Source: Candidatus Marinacidobacterium sp. (GTDB lineage: Bacteria; Acidobacteriota; Vicinamibacteria; Marinacidobacterales; Marinacidobacteraceae). Taken from it: DNA of 64,000 bases. Where the stretch lies: positions 1,859,591 to 1,923,590 of the forward strand of contig OZ244986.1 in the NCBI GenBank assembly GCA_965223075.1, written 5' to 3'. Made by a program: the position numbers and the translations under genes. The notes beneath the pieces were generated by a model. That model was not told where the DNA came from, did not search any database, and saw only the letters and a program-made list of their open reading frames with translations. How positions within the stretch are numbered: position 1 is the stretch's first letter; each line of letters opens with the position of its first letter. Shown here one piece after another: positions 1 through 8,752 of this stretch.

Positions 1-61
1 CACGTTTCAGCCGGGATGCATCGCCGTTCGAATGCCGCGTGACTTTTGCCACAGGCTGTTA
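1..61 (-). mobile_element. MITE copy, partial (truncated by window edge), reverse orientation
   Basis: Reverse complement of 1-45 nearly identical to the 5' half of the copy at 55361-55420; ends ...CCACAGGCTGT + TA at 60-61. Confidence 0.5.
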
Positions 62-1602
62 GCGGCCCCGGGCTGCGTCGCCCGCGAAAGGAGTTCGCGG
101 AGAGCCGGATCCTCAGGAGCGTGTTCCAAGGCGGCTTGAACCACGGCGGCAGCCTCCCCGTTCCTTCCGGCCCGAAGCAAGAGCTCGGCAAGGCCCAGCG
201 ACGCAGCGGTGTGGGCCGGATCGGCCTCCAGCGACTGGCGGTAGCGGGACTCCGCTTCCGCCGGACGACCGAGCATCTCCAGCACCAGGGCGCTGTCGGC
301 CAGCGGTCCGGCACGGGCCGGACCCGCGGTGCGGTCGAGTACCTGACCAAAGAGCCTTAACGCCCGGGCCGGATCGCCGCTCATCGCGAAGGCGGTGGCG
401 GCGGCGGCGCGAATCCCGGGCGAGATCCCCTCACCGCCCGCCTCCAGAACGCGGTCGAAGAGCGCCGCCGCAGCGGCCGGATCGCCTCCCCGCAGCCTCA
501 CGTCGGCCAGCCAACGAGCGGCGCTCAGCGAGGCGCCCTCAAGCGGTTCGCCGGGCGCCGGGACAAGGGGCGCGAGGACCTCGGCGGCGGCGGCGAGCTT
601 GCCCGATTGCAGATGGGCCCGCGCCCTGCCGATGTCGAAGGCCGGATCCCCCGGGTATCGAGCCGAAGCCGCACGCACGATGCGGATTGCCTCCACGACG
701 TCGCCCCTGTCGAGCAGCAATCCCACCAGTTCTACCCAGCCGTCCCGACTTGAGGTCACCAACCCGGGGACGCGGTCCGTCGGGGATCCGGCGATGACGC
801 TGTGCTCGTTGAGCCTGGTGAGTAGCAGGTCCCGACGACGCGCCCGCAGTCGACTCTCCTCGAAACCGGAAAGAAGTCGCCGGCCCTCGGTGACGAGAGC
901 GGGATCGGGATCCTGGACGAGCAACTGGCCGAGCCGGAAACGGGCCAGGGAATCGTCACGCGATTCGGAGACGGCTCTCCGGAGCCAGGGAATGGCCTCC
1001 TCGCGCCGTCCGAGGAGTGCAAGGCAGCGGCCGAACTCGTAAGCGGCTCCCGCCGGCGGCTCTTCGACAGAGGCAGCAGACGCCAAGAGAGGCAGGGCGC
1101 CCAGGTAGTCGTCTTCGGCGAGCTGGAGCCTCCCATGTTCGAGCGTCAGGACGGGCGAATCCGCAGCAGTCGGGGTGCCCAGCACTCGGCGAGACTCGGG
1201 GACGAGACCCGACTTGCGGAGCTGCCCGGCCAGTTCCAATCGGGGCCGGTCGGGAAGGCGCCGATCAAGGGCCAACAGTTCGGCCAGGACCTCGCGGGCC
1301 TCGCCGTCCCGGCTCAACATGGCGAGGAGCCGAATGCGAAGCGCCAGGTTTTCGGGCTCACGGCGGGCACGCTCGAGCACAGCGACCGCTGTCGCATAGT
1401 CGAGCAGTCCGACGTACGCCTCGGCCCGGAGCCGAAGCAACTCCGGGTGGGCCCCTTTCGGTCCGGCGGCGTCCAGAACCTCCAGCACGGAGGCGAAATC
1501 CTCCTGCTGCAGGAGCTGGCGGACCTCGACCAGCAGCATCGCATCCGGCTGGACGGTAGCGGGCACCGCCAGGAACAGGACGGCGAGCGCAAGGGCCGTC
1601 AT
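7..1602 (-). CDS. TPR-repeat protein with N-terminal signal peptide
   Basis: N-terminal hydrophobic signal (MTALALAVLFLAVPA); repeated ~34-aa helical A/L/R-rich units typical of TPR. Confidence 0.55.
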   Translation of the reverse strand: MTALALAVLFLAVPATVQPDAMLLVEVRQLLQQEDFASVLEVLDAAGPKGAHPELLRLRAEAYVGLLDYATAVAVLERARREPENLALRIRLLAMLSRDGEAREVLAELLALDRRLPDRPRLELAGQLRKSGLVPESRRVLGTPTAADSPVLTLEHGRLQLAEDDYLGALPLLASAASVEEPPAGAAYEFGRCLALLGRREEAIPWLRRAVSESRDDSLARFRLGQLLVQDPDPALVTEGRRLLSGFEESRLRARRRDLLLTRLNEHSVIAGSPTDRVPGLVTSSRDGWVELVGLLLDRGDVVEAIRIVRAASARYPGDPAFDIGRARAHLQSGKLAAAAEVLAPLVPAPGEPLEGASLSAARWLADVRLRGGDPAAAAALFDRVLEAGGEGISPGIRAAAATAFAMSGDPARALRLFGQVLDRTAGPARAGPLADSALVLEMLGRPAEAESRYRQSLEADPAHTAASLGLAELLLRAGRNGEAAAVVQAALEHAPEDPALRELLSRATQPGAANSLWQKSRGIRTAMHPG

Positions 1603-1621
1603 GGTTTCCGATCCACTACCC

Positions 1622-1806
1622 TAGCAGCCTGTCGACAAAGTCACGCGGCGTTCGACCGGCGATGCATCCCGGCTGAAACGCGCCGCTTCGCGTCGCTCTG
1701 CGTTGCGTTTCGGTCGAAATACACTCGGTATTCCTCCCTCACGCGCCTTGTCAGCCGGGCGCCTCACCGGTCTCGGCGCACACGTCACTTTATCCACAGG
1801 CTGCTA
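1622..1806 (+). mobile_element. MITE (~181 bp + TA target-site duplication)
   Basis: ~27-bp imperfect terminal inverted repeats GCAGCCTGT(C/G)GA(C/T)AAAGT(C/G)ACG... at both ends; flanked by TA..TA; near-identical copies at 17161-17417 and 55359-55543. Confidence 0.6.
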
Positions 1807-1819
1807 ACCGACTGCTGCA

Positions 1820-2578
1820 TCAGGGCGTCACGGTCAGCGAAACGGCTTCATCCTCGCCGAGGAACTCGTCGTTCGAGTGGAAGAACCAACTGCGCTTCGC
1901 GGGCAGCCGGAGTCCGCCGTTTTCGATTTCCCCTTCAAGATGGATGTATTCGCCGTCGTTCTTCGATTCGTCGTGGTAAAAGCGGTACCCGAGGAGCCGG
2001 GCGGTGTCCGGGTGGAAATAGAAGTACCAGGTATCGCCGCCCACCTCGGGATCATAGGTGACCCGAACCTTGAGCGCTTCCTGGTCGCCAAAGGAGTCTG
2101 CCACCGGCTCGGGGTCCACAATGGTCCCTGGATCCCGCAGCTTCATCGGTAGCCCCCAGACGAACAGGTAGTAGTTCCGGAGCCACATCACGCGTTCGGA
2201 ATCGAGTCCGTGCTCGGCGAGCGCTTCCTCATCAAGGCCCTCATCGGCGTCCACTGCACGCGTGAGAATCTCTTCTCCGGCCACCGCGAAGGTGACCATC
2301 TCGGAGTCGGTCTCCCGACTCACAACGACCCTCCCGCGTCCCGGCGCCATCCCCACTTCGACCGTTCGCGCGACGCCGTTCGGCCGGGACTCCATGATCC
2401 GGAGGGCAATCTCGCCGGTGTCCCACCGGCCGTCCGGATCGTGGTAGGCGATGGACTTCGCGATGAGCGCCTCCGCGGCGGGAACCTCGGGAGCCGGCGC
2501 CTCGGGGGCCGCTGGTTCCCCGCCGCAGCCCCCGAGGGCTCCAATCAACAGAATGGTCAGGCAGTTTCTCGGCATCAC
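1820..2578 (-). CDS. hypothetical lipoprotein
   Basis: Signal peptide with lipobox-like LIGALGGC followed by a Pro/Ala-rich linker; no recognisable catalytic motif. Confidence 0.5.
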   Translation of the reverse strand: MMPRNCLTILLIGALGGCGGEPAAPEAPAPEVPAAEALIAKSIAYHDPDGRWDTGEIALRIMESRPNGVARTVEVGMAPGRGRVVVSRETDSEMVTFAVAGEEILTRAVDADEGLDEEALAEHGLDSERVMWLRNYYLFVWGLPMKLRDPGTIVDPEPVADSFGDQEALKVRVTYDPEVGGDTWYFYFHPDTARLLGYRFYHDESKNDGEYIHLEGEIENGGLRLPAKRSWFFHSNDEFLGEDEAVSLTVTP

Positions 2579-2598
2579 GTACCTCCTTGGCTGGCGGG

Positions 2599-4116
2599 CT
2601 ACCCGCCGAATTCGATTCCCTGGGCGAGCGGCAGATCCTTCGACCAGTTGATGGTATTCGTCTGCCGGCGCATGTAGGCCTTCCAGGCATCCGAGCCGGA
2701 TTCCCGGCCGCCGCCGGTCTCCTTCTCCCCGCCAAAGGCGCCCCCGATCTCCGCCCCGGAGGTGCCGATGTTCACATTGGCGATACCGCAGTCGGAGCCC
2801 CGCGCCGAGAGAAAGGTCTCAGCCTCCCGCAGGCTGTCGGTGAAGATCGCCGAGGAGAGGCCCTGCGGCACGTCGTTGTGAAGGGCGATCGACTGTTCCA
2901 GCGAATCGGTCTCCAGGACGTAGAGGATGGGAGCGAAGGTTTCCTCCGCCACCAGCGAAGTCTGGGCGGACATCCGGACGATGGCCGGTTCCACGTGGTT
3001 CGGGCCCGCGTCGGGCCGGCGCCCGCCACCGCAGACGACGGTGCCGCCTTCAGCGACTACGCGCTCCAGCGCCCCCTGCATCGCTTCGACGGCGTCGGCG
3101 GAAATGAGCGGACCCATGAGGGTGGTGGGATCGAGCGGGTCCCCGATGGGGACCTGCCGGTAGGCATCGGCGAGCCGCTCCACCAGGGGACCGGCGATCT
3201 CCCGATCGACGATCACCCGCCGGGTGGTGGTGCAGCGCTGGCCGGTGGTGCCCACCGAACCGAAGACGATGGCCCGCACCGCCAGATCGAGATCGGCGTT
3301 TCGGCTCACGACCACCGCGTTGTTGCCTCCCAGCTCCAGCAGGCAGCGCCCCAGCCGGCCCGCGACCTCGGTAGCGACCTTCCGGCCCACCCGGGTGGAG
3401 CCGGTGAACGAGATCAGCGGCAGCCGCCGGTCAGCCGCGAGAGCGGCGCCGAGGTCTCCGCCTCCCACGAGCAGGTTGAAGACCCCGGACACGCCGTGGT
3501 CATCCATCACCCGATTCGCGATGTTCTGCACCGCGACCCCGCAGAGCGGAGTGTGCTCCGACGGCTTCCAGATCACGGGGTCGCCGCAGACCGCGGCGAT
3601 CGCGGCGTTCCAGGACCAGACCGCCATCGGGAAGTTGAAGGCGGTGATCACGCCGATCGGCCCGAGCGGGTGCCACTGCTCGAACATCCGGTGGCCGGGC
3701 CGCTCCGATGCCATGGTGAGCCCGTAGAGCTGGCGCGACAGGCCCACCGCGAAGTCGCAGATATCGATCATCTCCTGGACTTCGCCGTGTCCCTCGGCCC
3801 GGATCTTCCCGGCTTCGAGCGCGATCAGGTCGCCGAGCGGTTCCTTGTCGTCGCGGAGCGCGCTCCCCAGATCGCGCACCAGGTCGCCGCGCTTCGGCGC
3901 CGGGAGCTCGCGGAACGAACAAAACGCATCCGTCGCCTCGGTCACCACCTGCTCGGCCGCTTGCGCGTCCGCGGGGACAACGCCGGCGATGGGCTCGCCC
4001 GTCGAAGGATTCAGCGAGACGAGCGGCTCCTTCCCGGTGAGGATCCAGCCCTCGGGGCCGGTGCAGGCGCCGGGGACGCCTTCCCCGAGTCCCAGACGAT
4101 CCAGAATGGTCTGCAT
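2599..4116 (-). CDS. ALDH7-family aldehyde dehydrogenase (alpha-aminoadipic semialdehyde / piperideine-6-carboxylate dehydrogenase-like)
   Basis: Aldehyde dehydrogenase motifs (FTGSTxVG...ELGGNNA, catalytic Cys in GQRCTT); C-terminus ...GSDAWKAYMRRQTNTINWSKDLPLAQGIEFGG closely matches the ALDH7A1-type tail; start placed at MQTILD. Confidence 0.8.
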   Translation of the reverse strand: MQTILDRLGLGEGVPGACTGPEGWILTGKEPLVSLNPSTGEPIAGVVPADAQAAEQVVTEATDAFCSFRELPAPKRGDLVRDLGSALRDDKEPLGDLIALEAGKIRAEGHGEVQEMIDICDFAVGLSRQLYGLTMASERPGHRMFEQWHPLGPIGVITAFNFPMAVWSWNAAIAAVCGDPVIWKPSEHTPLCGVAVQNIANRVMDDHGVSGVFNLLVGGGDLGAALAADRRLPLISFTGSTRVGRKVATEVAGRLGRCLLELGGNNAVVVSRNADLDLAVRAIVFGSVGTTGQRCTTTRRVIVDREIAGPLVERLADAYRQVPIGDPLDPTTLMGPLISADAVEAMQGALERVVAEGGTVVCGGGRRPDAGPNHVEPAIVRMSAQTSLVAEETFAPILYVLETDSLEQSIALHNDVPQGLSSAIFTDSLREAETFLSARGSDCGIANVNIGTSGAEIGGAFGGEKETGGGRESGSDAWKAYMRRQTNTINWSKDLPLAQGIEFGG

Positions 4117-4177
4117 GTCGCCCGTATCGTAAAGGGGCTGGGCGGTACTCCGGCAGAGGCGCGGATACACTGCGAGC

Positions 4178-5314
4178 ATGACCGCGTGGGATGCGCTCGG
4201 GCCGTTCCAGCCGGGCCCGGGAGGGATGCCGCCGTACCTCGCCGGCCGGGAGGCCGAACAGGGCCTCTTGCGGACGCTTCTGCGGCGCCTCGATGAGCGC
4301 GTTCCGCTACCGGGCGAAGTGATCCTTTACGGCCCTCGCGGCAACGGCAAAACCGTGCTGCTGGGTTGGCTCCGACAAGAGGCGGCGTCCAGCGGACAGA
4401 TCGAGACGGTCGTGCTCCTGCCAAGCGCGACCCCCGACGTGACCCGGTTGTCCGAGCTTCTGAGGAGGGAGCGCTGGTGGAATCGGTTTTCGCCGGGTCA
4501 ACTGGGAGTCGCAGGGGTTTCCTGGGGGAGTCGGACGGACCCGATCTCGCCACCGCCCGTAGCGGACATCCTCACCGCGCGAGCCCGGAAAGCGCCGCTG
4601 CTCGTGGTGATGGACGAAGCCCACACCCTGGACCTGGATGTCGGGCGGGCGCTGCTGAACGCGGCTCAGGAAGTCAGGCAGCGGCTGCCCCTCCTGCTGG
4701 TCCTCGCGGGGACGCCGAACCTCGAGGGACACCTCGGAGCGATGGACGCCTCGTTCTGGAACCGCGCCCGACACATGCGGATCGGGAGGCTCGACCAGCG
4801 GGCGACCGAGGAGGCGTTCGGCCGGCCGTTTGAGGCAGAGGGCGTGCCGGTCAAGGATGGCGTGCTGGCGGAAACCGTTCGCTGTAGCCACGGATACCCT
4901 TACTTCATCCAATTGCTTGGCCAAGCGGTGTGGGGAATCGCGTGCACTCCGGGTGGTCATCGCAACGTGACCACCGCCGTGCTCGAAGCCGCCCTCCCGG
5001 CCTTCGAGGAGACGAAGCGGAATTACTACCGGTACCGCTACCGCGAACTCGAAGAACGAGGTCTGCTCCGCGTCGGGCGCGCCGTCGCACGCGCGTTCGA
5101 GGAACGGGCGGTTCTCGGCGGCGAGGCGCTGCGGGAGGCGATCCGGGCCGGCGGCGTTGCGGACGACGTCCAGGTGTCGCGCAGTACCCGTACGCTCAGC
5201 GATCTGGGTTTCCTCTGGGAAACCTCCGGAGAGCCGGCGTGGGAGCCCGGAATTCCGAGCCTCATGGAGTACATCCTGGAGTTCGCCCCCTCCACACAGG
5301 GCACGGGGCGGTAG
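4178..5314 (+). CDS. AAA ATPase-domain protein (Arch_ATPase/ORC-like)
   Basis: Walker A ILYGPRGNGKT, Walker B LLVVMDEAH; ~380 aa. Confidence 0.6.
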   Translation: MTAWDALGPFQPGPGGMPPYLAGREAEQGLLRTLLRRLDERVPLPGEVILYGPRGNGKTVLLGWLRQEAASSGQIETVVLLPSATPDVTRLSELLRRERWWNRFSPGQLGVAGVSWGSRTDPISPPPVADILTARARKAPLLVVMDEAHTLDLDVGRALLNAAQEVRQRLPLLLVLAGTPNLEGHLGAMDASFWNRARHMRIGRLDQRATEEAFGRPFEAEGVPVKDGVLAETVRCSHGYPYFIQLLGQAVWGIACTPGGHRNVTTAVLEAALPAFEETKRNYYRYRYRELEERGLLRVGRAVARAFEERAVLGGEALREAIRAGGVADDVQVSRSTRTLSDLGFLWETSGEPAWEPGIPSLMEYILEFAPSTQGTGR

Positions 5315-5329
5315 GGGAGCGCCGACCAG

Positions 5330-5720
5330 TTGCTGTGAAGATGCGGCCGCGCGGGGAAGCCGGTTCAGCGAGACGGGGCCACTGGCCAGGGAGCGCCGGT
5401 GTTTACACCGGCACCCGCTGGGCGCAGCCCAGCGGAACGGCGTGCATGTCGTCCGTATCGTAAAGGGGAGTCGGGCCAGTTGCCGTGTGAATGGAGTCGC
5501 GCCGAGATGCCGACGGCCCGATGACACCGCCGGCAAGGAGCGCCGGTGTTCACACCGGCGCCGCCCTCCGCAGCAGGGCGAAGATCCCGTCGCTGCCCGC
5601 CCGGATGGCGCCGCCGGCACGGGAACGCCGACCTCTGCTGTCGCCGCTCTCGGCGGTCACGCAACGGTATCGACGCACTGCTAGACTCGGCCCGAGATCA
5701 ATGCTTGGGGAAGTGGCTCG
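5330..5720. repeat. cluster of REP/BIME-like palindromic repeats
   Basis: Hairpin motifs GCCGGTGT(T/G)(C/T)ACACCGGC at ~5393 and ~5540, CGCTGGGCGCAGCCCAGCG, and GGAACGCCGACCTCTG...; the same motifs recur at 13.0-13.4 kb, 35.6-36.1 kb and 54.4-54.5 kb. Confidence 0.5.
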
Positions 5721-5723
5721 CTG

Positions 5724-6008
5724 ATGACCGATGAACGACTTCAGAGAGTGACGGATCTGGTGCAGGACGTGGTGCGGTCCCTGCTCACGGAGACGGACTG
5801 GGTGTCCGTCGAAGTTCGAGCTGCTCTCGGCTGCGGAGACGACGAAGTCCTCTGGGTGGAAGGCGTCTATCGCGGCAGCGACGCGGAGTTGTTGTCAGAC
5901 AAAGGGTTGGATGTGCAGTTCGAAATCTGGAAAAGCCTGGAGTCGCTCGGCGAGGACGCGATTCCCATTCCGGTCTTCAAACCCGATGTCACGAACCAGC
6001 GGTCTTGA
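5724..6008 (+). CDS. hypothetical small protein (possible degenerate minimal nucleotidyltransferase-like)
   Basis: 94 aa; segment GVYRGSDAELLSDKGLDV weakly resembles the GS...D.D motif of minimal NTases; overlaps the next gene by 23 nt. Confidence 0.35.
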   Translation: MTDERLQRVTDLVQDVVRSLLTETDWVSVEVRAALGCGDDEVLWVEGVYRGSDAELLSDKGLDVQFEIWKSLESLGEDAIPIPVFKPDVTNQRS

Positions 6009-6477
6009 AGCGGCACAGTTGCTCTCGGTGGCGTTCGCGCTGCTCGAAGCCGGCCGTCGCTCTGGCGACGAGGCGTTCCTGCGGCGCGCGGTAAGCACGG
6101 CGTACTACGCCCTGTTCCACTGCCTGGCACGGATGTGCGCGGACCGCCTCATCCGCGACGGAGGGTCGCGCTTTCGGGCAACAGCGTGGAAACAGGTCTA
6201 TCGGTCGCTGGAACATGGCCACGCCCGGAGGCAGTGCTCGAACAGGCGAGGGCTGGCGCAGTATCCAGAGGCTTTACGGCGCTTCGCCGTCGGATTCACC
6301 GGCCTTCAGGACCTGCGGCACGCGGCCGATTACGATCCGAACCTCGTGCTGGTCATGCCCGAGGTCCGGCGCCAGATCCAGCTCGCTGCAAGGCTGGTCC
6401 GGACGCTTGAGGAGGCTCCGGGCGACGACCAGCGGGACTTCGCGGCCCACGTGCTGTTTCCAGCGCGTCGGAGCTGA
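5986..6477 (+). CDS. hypothetical protein, possible HEPN-like
   Basis: 163 aa from an internal ATG; all-alpha composition with an R-H motif (LRHAADYDP); overlaps the upstream small ORF. Confidence 0.35.
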   Translation: MSRTSGLEAAQLLSVAFALLEAGRRSGDEAFLRRAVSTAYYALFHCLARMCADRLIRDGGSRFRATAWKQVYRSLEHGHARRQCSNRRGLAQYPEALRRFAVGFTGLQDLRHAADYDPNLVLVMPEVRRQIQLAARLVRTLEEAPGDDQRDFAAHVLFPARRS

Positions 6478-6527
6478 TCCCGACCTGGACTCCCGGCGCT
6501 TACGGGGGGGGAGCCGGAACCGGCTCT

Positions 6528-8681
6528 TCAGCGAAGGGCCCGGTAGCCCGGCTCGTTCTCGACGATCAGGATCCGCTGGTTGGCGGGAATGTTCCGCAGC
6601 ACCCGGTGGCCGCCACCCGGCCATCGGATGGTGACCTCGGCAACCATGTGGTGCTGCCCGAGGCCGAACTCCAGAATCGGACTGGGCGTCACTCCAAAGC
6701 CTCCACCAACCGCAACTTCCTGCAACTGCACGGGCGCATTCGGCGTATCGGTGACCCGGAGGGCCACCTGAGCGCCCACCGCATCGGGATGGAGGCTCGA
6801 GGCGCGGAGCAGGATGTGAAGCCAGCCGTTCGGATGCGGCATTTGCGAGGCCGGATTTCGGTAGAAGCGGCTCCGCTGGCGATCCCCGGGGAATGCCCCA
6901 CCGATGGGAACGAAAAGATCCAGATCGCCGTCGTGGTCGGGGTCGGCGAAGGTGGCGCCGTGCCCCTTCCCGAGATCGTCCACCCCGGCCGAGGCGCTGA
7001 CGTCCGCGAACGTCCCGTCCCCGAGGTTGCGAAACAGCCGGTTGGCTTCGAATCGCTCCATGGGCGGGGCACCAACGCCGACAAAAATGTCGAGCCAGCC
7101 GTCGTTGTCGTAGTCGCCGAAGGTGGCCGCCATGGCGCCAAGGTTCCAGGAGAGCCCGGCTTCCGCGGTTACATCGGTGAAGGAACCGTCACCGTCGTTG
7201 CGGTAGAGCGCCAGCCGGCTTCCCTCGTTGACCGCCTTGCCCTCGATTCGGCTCTTGAGCGCCACCTCCATGTCGGACGTGAAGCCGACAACCAGAATGT
7301 CGAGCCAACCGTCGTTGTCGTAGTCGAGGAAGAACCCGACGAAACCCTCGTGGGGCGCGCTGAGGCCGGCCAGCGCGGTTACGTCCTCGAATCCCGCGCC
7401 TTCCCGGTTCCGGTAGAGCACCGGACGGTCGAAGAAGTTGACGACCAGCAGGTCTGGCCAGCCGTCGTTGTCATAGTCGCCGAAAGCCGAGCCGATGGAG
7501 CGGCCGTGGTCCGCCACCCCCAGAGCTTCGCCGCGCTCGACAAAGCGGCCCTCGGGGGCACCCAGGAAGAGATCGTTGGGGGCCCCTCCCCGGGTGGCCA
7601 CCCCGTTCGCCACGTAGAGGTCGAGGAGGCCGTCCCGGTTCACATCGGCGACCGCGGCGGTGAACCCGTCTGCCGGGCTCGCCACTCCGGCGGCGGCAGC
7701 CACGTCCACATAGCGGCCGCCGTCGTTGCGATAGAGGCTGTTGTCGTCCTCGCCGTCCCAGCCGTCGCGGGTCACGTAGAGGTCCGGATCACCGTCGCGG
7801 TCGTAGTCGAAAAAGAGCGCGGACCACCCGCCGCGCGGATCGAAAAGCCCGGCATCGAGAGACGCGGACGCGAAGGTCGCGGCGCCGTCCTCTCGCAGGC
7901 GGTTTCGGTAGAGCGCGTGCGGGTCCCGTATGCCGAGGGCCAAGAGGTCCAGGTCGCCGTCGCCGTCAAAGTCCGTCCAACCGCTGGCCCGGGCCCGCGA
8001 CCAGCGCTCGATTCCGACTTCCTTCGAGACCTCGTCAAAACGCACCGGCGACGCCGCGCTCCGGTCCGGGAGGTCCAGCCGGTAGCGCTCCGGTAGCGAT
8101 GCTGGATCCTCGCCGGTCTGCTCCGCCGCGAGCATCAGGTTCCAGCGCGGTTCGAGCATCTCGGGCTCGAGATCCACCGCTTGCCGCAGCGCTGCGGAGG
8201 CGGGACCGGGAGCGCCCATCCGCAGCAGGGCCGCCCCCAGCGCCCGGAGGGTGGTGGGGCTGTCGGGAGTCTCGCGAAGCACTACCTCGAAGTCGGCAGT
8301 CGCCGCCGCATAGTTGCCGAGTCGCAACTGGGCGATTCCGCGCCAGTGGAACTGGCGCGGATTCTGACCGTCGAGCGCGACCGCTCGGGAGAGGTGGTAG
8401 TCGGCCAGCCGCAGGCTCGTGTAGCCGCGCTGGATGTAGGCGAGCCCCACGTAAAAGTGCGCCTGGTGGTGGTCCGGGTCGAGCGCGATGGCGTAGCGGA
8501 AGAGCTCGATGGCGCGGTCGTTGTTGCGGAGGCCCACCATCCGCAGGCCGTGCTGGAAGTGCTCCTCGGCTTCCTGCTTGCGGATGTCGGGAGCGCCGTC
8601 CTGCGCCGCTGCCCAAGCCCCGCCGAGAACCGCAGCCAGCAGCAGGCGCACCGCAAGCTGCTTACGTCCCGGTCTCTTCAC
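6528..8681 (-). CDS. CRTAC1-family protein (TPR + FG-GAP/VCBS repeats + ASPIC/UnbV C-terminal domain)
   Basis: Signal peptide; TPR N-terminal region; repeated DYDNDGW(L/P)D(L/I)(F/L)V FG-GAP-type calcium-binding repeats; C-terminal ASPIC/UnbV-like region. Confidence 0.75.
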   Translation of the reverse strand: MKRPGRKQLAVRLLLAAVLGGAWAAAQDGAPDIRKQEAEEHFQHGLRMVGLRNNDRAIELFRYAIALDPDHHQAHFYVGLAYIQRGYTSLRLADYHLSRAVALDGQNPRQFHWRGIAQLRLGNYAAATADFEVVLRETPDSPTTLRALGAALLRMGAPGPASAALRQAVDLEPEMLEPRWNLMLAAEQTGEDPASLPERYRLDLPDRSAASPVRFDEVSKEVGIERWSRARASGWTDFDGDGDLDLLALGIRDPHALYRNRLREDGAATFASASLDAGLFDPRGGWSALFFDYDRDGDPDLYVTRDGWDGEDDNSLYRNDGGRYVDVAAAAGVASPADGFTAAVADVNRDGLLDLYVANGVATRGGAPNDLFLGAPEGRFVERGEALGVADHGRSIGSAFGDYDNDGWPDLLVVNFFDRPVLYRNREGAGFEDVTALAGLSAPHEGFVGFFLDYDNDGWLDILVVGFTSDMEVALKSRIEGKAVNEGSRLALYRNDGDGSFTDVTAEAGLSWNLGAMAATFGDYDNDGWLDIFVGVGAPPMERFEANRLFRNLGDGTFADVSASAGVDDLGKGHGATFADPDHDGDLDLFVPIGGAFPGDRQRSRFYRNPASQMPHPNGWLHILLRASSLHPDAVGAQVALRVTDTPNAPVQLQEVAVGGGFGVTPSPILEFGLGQHHMVAEVTIRWPGGGHRVLRNIPANQRILIVENEPGYRALR

Positions 8682-8752
8682 GCTGTGGGACGAGGATATG
8701 GGAAGGGGCGGGGGCCCGAAGACCCCCGCCCCGAAATGGGGTACGCGCGCAG

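Noticed and set aside
2587-4296. 569-aa ORF antisense to the ALDH7-type gene; likewise 6606-8096, 9473-11566, 14775-16943, 22574-25027, 24535-26286, 36544-38433, 48708-50243, 50959-52989, 52607-54319, 59223-60326 and 62286-63206.
   Set aside because: Each lies entirely opposite a gene with strong family motifs, is Arg/Gly/Pro-rich as expected for the antisense of high-GC coding DNA, and has no recognisable motif. These are typical high-GC shadow ORFs.
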